DNA from: Candidatus Sifarchaeum marinoarchaea
GTDB taxonomy: Archaea > Asgardarchaeota > Sifarchaeia > Borrarchaeales > Borrarchaeaceae
Assembly (NCBI GenBank): GCA_016294985.1
Contig: JAECRW010000003.1
Span: forward strand, 1 to 32,000
Direction: 5' to 3'
DNA length: 32,000 bases
The notes under the pieces were generated by a model. That model was not told the origin of the DNA and made no database searches. It was given only the letters and a program-made list of their open reading frames with translations. This document shows, piece after piece, positions 19,926 to 27,764 of this stretch (within the stretch, counting starts at the first letter, position 1; every line of letters starts with the position of its first letter). The position numbers were made by a program, and so were the translations under genes.

Positions 19926-22079
19926 CTATATGCGCTCTCTAACCAGATTATCGGCTAGTTCAGTAAACTTTCTAAAAGTCTTGTCTTTAATGCGGCCATT
20001 TTGGTGTAAAGTTTCCAGGCCCTTTTTTAATTCTGGTACAAATTCATCTTTCGAAAGCAGGTTTTGTGAACTTAGGGCTTTTTTAACGGCCTCGTTTAAT
20101 TGTTTCTTTGAAACAAACAATCTCTCTAATTTCTCTTTCAGGTCATAAAATGAGTCAGTTGCATAAATCCGCAAGTTTTTGTTGATTAGTTTTTCAGATC
20201 CAGAAGCCATTGAAATAAACTGCATAGGTGGATAAACCAGAAGACGTGATGTATCCTGAGTAGGCTCTATAAATTGTGAAAGATAAATTGGGACTTCAAC
20301 TTTCTGTGTCTGTTTAAACTTTAAAAGATTGGAGAGTATAAATTTTTTAAATTGTTCTTCTTCTTCAAGAAGTGTTTCTTTTTTGCCATTAATGAACTCG
20401 ATAAGTTGATTGGTTTTCTCTGCGATCTTTTTTGCTATATCGACTAACTCGTTAATTTGGTTATCTCTTTCTGTTTCTATCTCAGAGAGCTGCTTTTGTT
20501 GTTCGTTCTTTAGTCTTGCTAATGATTCGGTTCTTTCTGCTTCTGTTTTCTCTATAACTTCTCTTTGTTCTTTCATTAGACGTTCAATGTTTTCATTTTG
20601 TTCCTTTGTTACACGATCAACATGCTCATTCAAATCATTTATCTTCTTTTTTGACTCATCTTCGATTGTGTTTATCTTCGATTGGGTATCTTTCTCCATA
20701 GCAGATAATTCTCTGCCACCATCCTTTATGCGGGATTTTAATTCTTTTATCTCGCTTTTGCTAGCATCTTTCATATGAGATTCCATTGAATTTGCTAGAC
20801 CACTTATCTGAATTTCAAGGATATCCTTTACGTCAGCAAATTGAAAGTTTTTTGCTTTTATCTCATCGTATTGTCCCTGAACTGAGCTTATCATATCGCC
20901 AAAGCGGTTTAATAAAGTTTCTAGAGTGCCGCCAATACTAGTTTTTAGGATATTAGTCGCATTTAGATCTCTTGCAGAAATCGTATCAGCATTCTTTTTT
21001 TCTTTTTCCTCTAAAACCATCGTAATTTGTCTATCAGTATCCTCTCTTAATCGCCTGAGGGTTTCTTTGTATTCGACTCTAGTGTCATCGAGATGGCGAG
21101 CAGTGCTTGATCTGGTTTCTACAAGCTTTTCATCCCATTCCTTCTTCTTAGCATCAATTTTCATTTGGGTGTTCTCTTTGGTTCGTTGAAGTACTTTACC
21201 ATACTTATTGTTCAGTTTTTCGATATTTTGCTCGATCTTGTTTGTGAATTCACTTCGTTTTCTCGAAATAAGAGCCTGTATGGTTGGTAAAGTCTTCATA
21301 TTTTCCTCAATGGTATGAAAGGCTTCATCAAAGATTGAAGTAACCTGAGATAATTCATCTTTTGAGATTTCGAGTGGTAACTCTGTAAATTGTGGGATTG
21401 ATCGTGGTTTTCTAAGCCAGTAAAACTCTGTAATATCTTCCAAATATTTAAGAGTGCTAAGAGTATATACAAGATACTTCTCAGCACTCAGATCTGCTAA
21501 GAAATTTTCAACACGTGTAAATGCACTAATGAAGTCAGAAATTTCAGATACTGATAACATACTTTCAAAATCAGTTAAAATTAATGAAGTCATGGTTTCA
21601 ATTGTCGTGGGCACGGAAAAGGTGTCAACCAATAATGCACCTGTTCTATAAGGCAATACCCAGATTGGGACGTGAAGTGCACAAATAGAGTCAAGAATTT
21701 CTTTTTTCTTTCTCTCATCTTCACACAACATGAATATTGATGCCAGTTCTGTATTGAGGTCTACTTCCGTAATCTTCCGTTCCTTATTTTCTAAGTAAGG
21801 AAACTTTTCAATCAAAAACGGCATCATTGTTTCAACTGCAAAGAGTTCTGAAGGTAGTGCTTCCTCAACTGGTGCAGATATTTTGTCAATTTGACTTGTA
21901 TAGGATCTACGAACGTTTAAATCTGGGTCGATGTCATATACAACTATATGGTCATCGTGTACGATTGTCTTGCTAAGAATAAACATACCTGGCGGGAGTT
22001 GTTCAAATTCTTCTTCTGAAACGTCCAAAGATTCCTGTTTTCCACACTTTGGGCAAGTGACTTTGAGATTATTCTTCAT
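19926..22079 (-). CDS. Large uncharacterised protein: N-terminal CPKC knuckle, globular region, ~270-aa E/K-rich coiled coil, C-terminal globular region
   Basis: 717-aa uninterrupted ORF with ATG preceded by GGAG. Residues ~290-560 are heptad-like and charged (e.g. KEQNENIERLMKEQREVIEKTEAERTESLARLKNEQQKQL). I could find no Walker A or other catalytic motif. Confidence 0.8.
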   Translation of the reverse strand: MKNNLKVTCPKCGKQESLDVSEEEFEQLPPGMFILSKTIVHDDHIVVYDIDPDLNVRRSYTSQIDKISAPVEEALPSELFAVETMMPFLIEKFPYLENKERKITEVDLNTELASIFMLCEDERKKKEILDSICALHVPIWVLPYRTGALLVDTFSVPTTIETMTSLILTDFESMLSVSEISDFISAFTRVENFLADLSAEKYLVYTLSTLKYLEDITEFYWLRKPRSIPQFTELPLEISKDELSQVTSIFDEAFHTIEENMKTLPTIQALISRKRSEFTNKIEQNIEKLNNKYGKVLQRTKENTQMKIDAKKKEWDEKLVETRSSTARHLDDTRVEYKETLRRLREDTDRQITMVLEEKEKKNADTISARDLNATNILKTSIGGTLETLLNRFGDMISSVQGQYDEIKAKNFQFADVKDILEIQISGLANSMESHMKDASKSEIKELKSRIKDGGRELSAMEKDTQSKINTIEDESKKKINDLNEHVDRVTKEQNENIERLMKEQREVIEKTEAERTESLARLKNEQQKQLSEIETERDNQINELVDIAKKIAEKTNQLIEFINGKKETLLEEEEQFKKFILSNLLKFKQTQKVEVPIYLSQFIEPTQDTSRLLVYPPMQFISMASGSEKLINKNLRIYATDSFYDLKEKLERLFVSKKQLNEAVKKALSSQNLLSKDEFVPELKKGLETLHQNGRIKDKTFRKFTELADNLVRERI

Positions 22080-22573
22080 ATCCCAGTCTCCATCATGGGT
22101 GTGTGACTATGAAATTGCTTTTCATATCTTGCATTCTGTCAAAAGGTGAGAGTGCGTATTAGTAACCATATAAATTAAATTTTACATTTTTATGAACACA
22201 GCTAGGTTCAAAAGGATACTAGATCCACTTATTTATACTAATTAAAAAGACTATAAATAATTTTTACTACCTATAAAGGTTTATAAAACATCTTGTAAAT
22301 GATGTAGATACAGTTTCAATCCTTCTTAAGATAGAATGAAATACTAACGAGCGCATCATATGTTATAAGAGAAATAAACGCCTTTAAAATATATTTATCG
22401 CTATTAGTTAAACGGAGAAGCGCAAATTTGCTTATGAAAATTGGAAGGAAAATTCATTGATAAGATGATTTTCCACAAGATACAAATAATATGGTGGTTT
22501 TAATTACTACGAGTTTCAAAAGTCTTCAGCGTATCTTTAGGGCACATAAACGCTCTTTTCAGAGGCGAAACGA

Positions 22574-23737
22574 ATGCGAAAGTGGAACAAATTTGCAGTC
22601 TTAATCCTCTCATGTATATTACTTTTCCAATTTGTATCTGTAACCGTAGCTCAAAGACAAACTGAGACTGTGAACGAGTACTATGAATATTCAGACTCAA
22701 ATGGATATCTTTGTAATCTTAGAGTAAGCTTATTTGGATTTCCAACAATTGAAAATCGAAAAGAAACATACACCGCCACATTAACCGTACAAAATCTTGC
22801 CTCAGATGTAGAAATAAGATTGAAAAGAATCAGTTGGGAAGTTGAAACTGACGATGATACTGAAGATGGTTCTGACGAAATTGACAATTCACTAAAAAAT
22901 ATTGGCGACTCATATGAGTTTCAATTCAATGTAAAGTCGATTTCCGATGAATATTCAGGTGATGCAACACTTACTGCCGAATTTAGGCACGACATTTATC
23001 GTGAAGGTAGTAAAAAAAAGCCTGATGAAAAGTCGTCCATCTCTGCTGATCTTGAGGTTTATGTAGTAGAGGAGGAAAACCCTAGTCCCACAAATCCCAG
23101 TGATGGGAATGGATTCTCTGGAAATACTCCGTCATTTAGAGCTATAAGTAACTTCTTGCCTGGATTAATAGTGCTCATTCTCATATTTGTAATAATAGGT
23201 GCCATTGCCCGAAAGAGGAAGCCCAGGCGTGAAAGCGCAATGATCCCTACAATAAGCACCACACAAATTGAAAGTTTGACTTATGATGAATTATTAGGAC
23301 GAAGAGAAGTTCTAGAAGAAGGATTAAGAAGAATTGAAACTCAATTGAATTCAGGTTTGCTCTCACCTCAACAATATATGGAGACTTATACAAAATATAG
23401 GTCTGAATGGATTAATGTGAACAGAAGGCTTTCTGAAGCGGGAATTAGTGTAAGTGATGATGAAAGTGAAATTGTGACACCCCCTTCAGTTGAAGATGTT
23501 GCATGTCCGTCCTGCGGTGTGCCTTATCCAAGCGAAACACTATTTTGTCCTAATTGTGGTGAAGAACGCGATAAATGTACTGTATGCTTATTACCAATGG
23601 AAGCTGGAAGTGTAATTACTAAGTGTCCACATTGCGGCGGGATTGCCCACAAAGATCATCTACAAGAATGGGTGAAAATAAAAGGATTTTGCCCAAAATG
23701 TAAAAATAAACTCACAGAATACGACCTAATTCAATGA
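22574..23737 (+). CDS. Type-I membrane protein with cytoplasmic zinc ribbon plus RING/PHD-like (C4H2C2) finger
   Basis: 387 aa. Signal-like N-terminus MRKWNKFAVLILSCILLFQFVSVTVAQ. TM helix FLPGLIVLILIFVIIGAIA (23153-23209) followed by RKRKPRR. CPSC-x10-CPNC starts at 23504. C-x2-C-x12-C-x2-C-x4-H-x2-H-x10-C-x2-C spans 23576-23701. Confidence 0.8.
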   Translation: MRKWNKFAVLILSCILLFQFVSVTVAQRQTETVNEYYEYSDSNGYLCNLRVSLFGFPTIENRKETYTATLTVQNLASDVEIRLKRISWEVETDDDTEDGSDEIDNSLKNIGDSYEFQFNVKSISDEYSGDATLTAEFRHDIYREGSKKKPDEKSSISADLEVYVVEEENPSPTNPSDGNGFSGNTPSFRAISNFLPGLIVLILIFVIIGAIARKRKPRRESAMIPTISTTQIESLTYDELLGRREVLEEGLRRIETQLNSGLLSPQQYMETYTKYRSEWINVNRRLSEAGISVSDDESEIVTPPSVEDVACPSCGVPYPSETLFCPNCGEERDKCTVCLLPMEAGSVITKCPHCGGIAHKDHLQEWVKIKGFCPKCKNKLTEYDLIQ

Positions 23738-23847
23738 AGGCAACTTTTCATTACTTTTTCTAACAAATGCCTGATGTTTTAACTAACGTTAATGAAAAAA
23801 AAGGATAGAAGACTTTAGGATCAGAATTTCATTTTTAGCATAATCCA

Positions 23848-24030
23848 TTATCTGTCTATATAAAGAGTGCCTGCTATGGCATAGTTTTCCTTAGGCATAT
23901 CATTAATAATGATTCGCACAGCGTCTTTGGGGCAGTCAAGTGCGTTAACGACAGCCTCTGTAACCATTTCGACTAGTTTGCGCTTTTTTTCTAAAGGTCT
24001 TTCGAACAAAGTGATTTGTAAGATTGGTAT
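23848..24030 (-). CDS. 4-oxalocrotonate tautomerase family protein
   Basis: PILQITLFERPLEKKRKLVEMVTEAVVNALDCPKDAVRIIINDMPKENYAIAG is a typical 4-OT sequence of ~60 aa. The tracked start is GTG 24039. I place the start at ATA 24030, directly before the catalytic-Pro codon (see finding). Confidence 0.8.
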   Translation of the reverse strand: MPILQITLFERPLEKKRKLVEMVTEAVVNALDCPKDAVRIIINDMPKENYAIAGTLYIDR

Positions 24031-24122
24031 TTTGATCACCTTCTAAAGTTTTCTTGATCTACCACTACTATAACCTCACTTTTAAAAACCAATACAGGTT
24101 CATAATGGAAAAAGGTGATTGA

Positions 24123-25274
24123 ATGAATATTGAAGGGCATATTGATGAACTTCGAGCTCAATTTCCGGTCATAAAACGCTATACCTATTTGAATCACGCA
24201 GCGGTGGGACCTCTTCCGCAACGTGTGCTTGATGAAGTGAGTAGGATAAATCAAGATAAGGGGTACAGCGGAGGACTTCACTGGATGGATTGGGAGGAGG
24301 AAGCAGAAGAAACTCGAAAGATCATTGCAAGATTAATTAATGCACATCCCGAAGAAATTGCCTTCGTACAAAATACATCCGTAGGACTTTCAATCATAGC
24401 AAATGGATTAAATTGGGAAAAAACAGACAATATAGTCATAAACGATTTAGAATTCCCTTCAAATTTATTTCCCTGGCAAATTCAAGCAAAAAGACATAGA
24501 CTTGTAACAAAAACTGTACAAAATCGGAATGAAAAACTAGCTATGGAAGATTTCGAAGAAAAAATTGATAGGCATACGAAAATCGTGGCGGTAAGTCACG
24601 TACAGTTTAGCAATGGATTTAAAGTAGATTTACAACGTTTATCTAAGTTGGCACACGAGAATGGTGGATATGTTATAACAGACGCCGTACAAAGCCTTGG
24701 TCAAATGCCTATAGATGTTAAAAAATTAGACGTTGATTTCCTTGCAACAAGTGGATATAAGTGGCTGCTGTCGCCTATAGCTACAGGTTTTTTATATATC
24801 AAAAAGGATTTAATAGACGAAATCGAGCCATCTATTGTAGGTTATCGAACTGATGAGAATTATCACGAGTATTCCTATCGAACTATAAATCCTGCCAAAA
24901 ATGCACGCCGATTTGAGCATGGGCAGATTAATTTTCCTGGGATCGCTGGGATGCGAGCAGCAATTGAAATTCTTGAGAGTTTTGGCATTCATAATATCGA
25001 AAGACGAATTCGAGAACTAGTAGATCGCCTCATAATTGGCATTTCTGAATTAAAAGGGCTTAAAGTACTTTCATCTCTGAAACCAGAACACAGAAACGGC
25101 ATAGTCAAAGTCGGTGGTTTAGAAAGTCCAGATGAAGTAGTAACAAAACTCAAAGAGGATAATATCGTCATTTCCTCACGTGCGGGAGGACTCAGAATTT
25201 CACCGCATTTTTATAATACTGAAGGAGAAATCAAACAATTACTGGATGCATTATCTTTCCTCACTCAAAGTTGA
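24123..25274 (+). CDS. Class-V aminotransferase-fold PLP enzyme (cysteine desulfurase/selenocysteine lyase-like)
   Basis: 383 aa containing HVQFSNG, ITDAVQSLGQ and the PLP-lysine context ATSGYKWLLSP. SD AAGGTGAT lies upstream of the ATG. Confidence 0.85.
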   Translation: MNIEGHIDELRAQFPVIKRYTYLNHAAVGPLPQRVLDEVSRINQDKGYSGGLHWMDWEEEAEETRKIIARLINAHPEEIAFVQNTSVGLSIIANGLNWEKTDNIVINDLEFPSNLFPWQIQAKRHRLVTKTVQNRNEKLAMEDFEEKIDRHTKIVAVSHVQFSNGFKVDLQRLSKLAHENGGYVITDAVQSLGQMPIDVKKLDVDFLATSGYKWLLSPIATGFLYIKKDLIDEIEPSIVGYRTDENYHEYSYRTINPAKNARRFEHGQINFPGIAGMRAAIEILESFGIHNIERRIRELVDRLIIGISELKGLKVLSSLKPEHRNGIVKVGGLESPDEVVTKLKEDNIVISSRAGGLRISPHFYNTEGEIKQLLDALSFLTQS

Positions 25275-26255
25275 TGCAAATCGGTCAGTATGCCAATCGG
25301 ATTTTCGTGAGTGAGCAATTTTACCCTTTTTGCAGTATCCTTCGATTGTATCTCCTTGCAAATGCATTAACCGCTTTAGTATATTAATTACGGATCTTAC
25401 CTCAAAAGTATTTGCTGAAAAGCCTACTTGGTTGGAGATATATTTCCAAAGTTCTTCTTCTGATACTGCTATATTTTCGCATATTGTGGAGTTTTCAATT
25501 ATTTGAACAAATTGCGCAAGACGTTCAAATTTATCTAAGATTTTCAATGTTTTTTCGCCTTTCCCTGTGAGCTGATAATAGAGAACAAAAAAATCTTCTG
25601 GTAAAGGATTCGGTCCAGCCTTTACTACGACACCCCTTCTAGAAAGTTCTGAGAGGCGAGCTTGAACGCTTTTTTCGGCTAAACCAGTTATGTCGGCGAT
25701 TTCTTCGGCTGTCAATTTGAATTTTTCTGGATTTCCTTTAGTAAGGGCTTTTATAATTTCCGAATAATACGTAGGTAGTTTTTGCAAAGCAACTGTTGCT
25801 GTAGCATCTTTAATTTTGTATCTTATTCTTTCTGTTTGCACTATTTCTGCTTCTTTAAGTTGTCGCAACAGTATAGATGCAAATGTGCGTGAAACATCTA
25901 AGATTTTTTGCAACTGTTTGTTAGTTTTTGGTTCTCGGAGAGCGTTAATGCACTGTATTTTACCATTGACTTCCGAAATTTTCAACTTACCTAAAATAAC
26001 AACCGTTAAAACGCATATTGGTGTCGGTACACATGAATCGCCTGTTATTTCGACTAAATCTCGTCCTTGAAGTCTTAAAAGATATCTTGACAAAAATTTG
26101 CTACGGTATCGAGGAGCGTAATCAACAGTTTTCATAATGGTATCGATATCAGTGGTTCCATGCTTGTAGAGTCGATATAATACCTTTGCGCAAATATTAT
26201 TTCCCAGAGCTCGTATTGCTACTCCAGCAGAAACCAGAATAAGACCTCCTAGCAA
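25251..26255 (-). CDS. Protein with about four tandem winged-helix (MarR/ArsR-like) modules
   Basis: 334 aa. The repeated pattern is helix-turn-helix followed by a beta wing, e.g. TNKQLQKILDVSRTFASILLRQLKEAEIVQTE and LTAEEIADITGLAEKSVQARLSELSRRGVVVKAG. The start (TTG 26255) is uncertain. The 3' end overlaps the convergent aminotransferase gene by 24 nt. Confidence 0.6.
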   Translation of the reverse strand: MLGGLILVSAGVAIRALGNNICAKVLYRLYKHGTTDIDTIMKTVDYAPRYRSKFLSRYLLRLQGRDLVEITGDSCVPTPICVLTVVILGKLKISEVNGKIQCINALREPKTNKQLQKILDVSRTFASILLRQLKEAEIVQTERIRYKIKDATATVALQKLPTYYSEIIKALTKGNPEKFKLTAEEIADITGLAEKSVQARLSELSRRGVVVKAGPNPLPEDFFVLYYQLTGKGEKTLKILDKFERLAQFVQIIENSTICENIAVSEEELWKYISNQVGFSANTFEVRSVINILKRLMHLQGDTIEGYCKKGKIAHSRKSDWHTDRFASTLSEER

Positions 26256-26474
26256 CTCAATCCAAGTAAGATCTAGAGTGCAAAGTATCTCGCATTTTAG
26301 AAAAACTTTTTGCGTTATTCGGCTATTTTCCTCGCGGATTCGGATTCAACCTTTATATTTTCGTATGAATATATATCAATTTCCGTTCTTACATGATGCG
26401 GTTACGATTCCTATAAATACATGATATGAAACATCAATGAATGAAATACAATATAATATTTACGAGGACATCAA

Positions 26475-26894
26475 ATGCTTGATGAAATTGATCAAAAAAT
26501 TGTTGAGCAATTACAAAAAGATGCTCGGCAAAAAAATACTGCCATAGCAGAAAAAATCGGTATTGCAGAATCAACAGTAAGAAAAAGAATCAAGGAAATG
26601 ATGCGGAATAGAATCATTTCTAGTTTTTCCGTGCAGTTGGATCCTACTGCAGTAGGTTATACGGTCGCCATTGTAGGAGTCGATACAGATCCTGCTAAAC
26701 TACTCGAAGTGGCAGAAAAGTTAACTTCATTTGAAGAAATACGCTCTGTACAACTTAGTACAGGAGATCATCATATAATGTGCGAAATTTGGGCAAAAGA
26801 AAAAAAATTATCCAAGTATATTGAAGAAATCAGCGTTCTTAAAGGCGTAGAAAAAGTATGTCCTGCAATTGTTATGGAGCGATTAAAACCATAG
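26475..26894 (+). CDS. Lrp/AsnC-family transcriptional regulator
   Basis: 139 aa. An N-terminal HTH (LDEIDQKIVEQLQKDARQKNTAIAEKIGIAESTVRKRIKEM) is followed by a C-terminal RAM/ACT-like domain. Confidence 0.9.
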   Translation: MLDEIDQKIVEQLQKDARQKNTAIAEKIGIAESTVRKRIKEMMRNRIISSFSVQLDPTAVGYTVAIVGVDTDPAKLLEVAEKLTSFEEIRSVQLSTGDHHIMCEIWAKEKKLSKYIEEISVLKGVEKVCPAIVMERLKP

Positions 26895-26928
26895 AATAAA
26901 TATTTACAGAACAGCAAGATCGTAGAAA

Positions 26929-27741
26929 TCAATATATACCCATGCAAATTTTTTCAAAAACTTTTTGCAAGCATGATAATCGTGAAATTTCATTTTGCAA
27001 TTGAGAGATAATCTCGTTAATGATTTTATAGTCCTTTATAAAATTGAGTGCTGAATAATGAACATTGTAGAGTAGCAGACCCCAAGCAGGTGCTGGAGGA
27101 ATTCCTTTTTTAGGAATATAGCTTGGATCCAAAAGTTTTTGGAACTCACTTGAGGTTATTAAACTTTTACTAACTAAAACTAGCACAAGAACGATTTTTC
27201 GTACCATTTCCCATAGGAAACTTTTTCCTATGACATCAAACTGAAGGATGTTATGTATCTTTTTGAGTTTTAGTTGAATTATTTCTCTCATCGGACTAGT
27301 ATGATGATTGACTTTTGAAAGATTTTTAAAATTGTGAATACCGATTAGATGATCTGCGGCGTTTTTCATTTTTTCTAAATTCATAGTCTCCTCATAAGGC
27401 AAGAAATATTTGTAATGCTTAGAAAGTGCATCAAACCTTGGGTTGAATTCCTCTGAAACTTGTGAAATTGCCCAAACGCGTATATCTCGTGGGAGATTGG
27501 CATTTAATTGTCCTAATATTACTTTTTTAGAGGTTGAGAACGCAATTACCTGCCCTAAAGCATGAACTCCTCTGTCAGTCCTCCCAGCCGCCCTATAGCG
27601 AAAAATTTCGGAGTCTTCAATAAGTTCTGCATTTTGAAATGCTTTAAAAAGACATCCTTCGATTGTTTTTAACTTCTTCTGTCGCTGAAACCCATAATAA
27701 TTCGTTCCGATGTAGAAAACCTTAAGTGCGTAGCGAGGCAC
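26929..27741 (-). CDS. truA: tRNA pseudouridine synthase A (TruA/Pus1 family)
   Basis: 270 aa with YIGTNYYGFQRQ and the catalytic-Asp motif AGRTDRGVHALGQV. GTG start lies 8 nt after GGTG. Confidence 0.9.
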   Translation of the reverse strand: MPRYALKVFYIGTNYYGFQRQKKLKTIEGCLFKAFQNAELIEDSEIFRYRAAGRTDRGVHALGQVIAFSTSKKVILGQLNANLPRDIRVWAISQVSEEFNPRFDALSKHYKYFLPYEETMNLEKMKNAADHLIGIHNFKNLSKVNHHTSPMREIIQLKLKKIHNILQFDVIGKSFLWEMVRKIVLVLVLVSKSLITSSEFQKLLDPSYIPKKGIPPAPAWGLLLYNVHYSALNFIKDYKIINEIISQLQNEISRLSCLQKVFEKICMGIY

Positions 27742-27764
27742 TCAGAAACACCAAATGAGCAAGG

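Noticed and set aside
20410-21189. Plus-strand ORFs of 122 aa and 87 aa inside the coiled-coil gene
   Set aside because: Their S/F/I-rich sequences are the mirror image of the E/K-rich codons on the coding strand. There is no SD, and both nest entirely within the 717-aa ORF.
22299-22305. ATGATGT resembling a C box (RUGAUGA) of a C/D sRNA in the long spacer
   Set aside because: It is not an exact C box. There is no CUGA D box at the appropriate distance and no terminal stem.
22500-22700. 66-aa minus-strand ORF overlapping the start of the RING-like gene
   Set aside because: It has no SD, overlaps the signal-peptide region in antisense, and has unremarkable composition.
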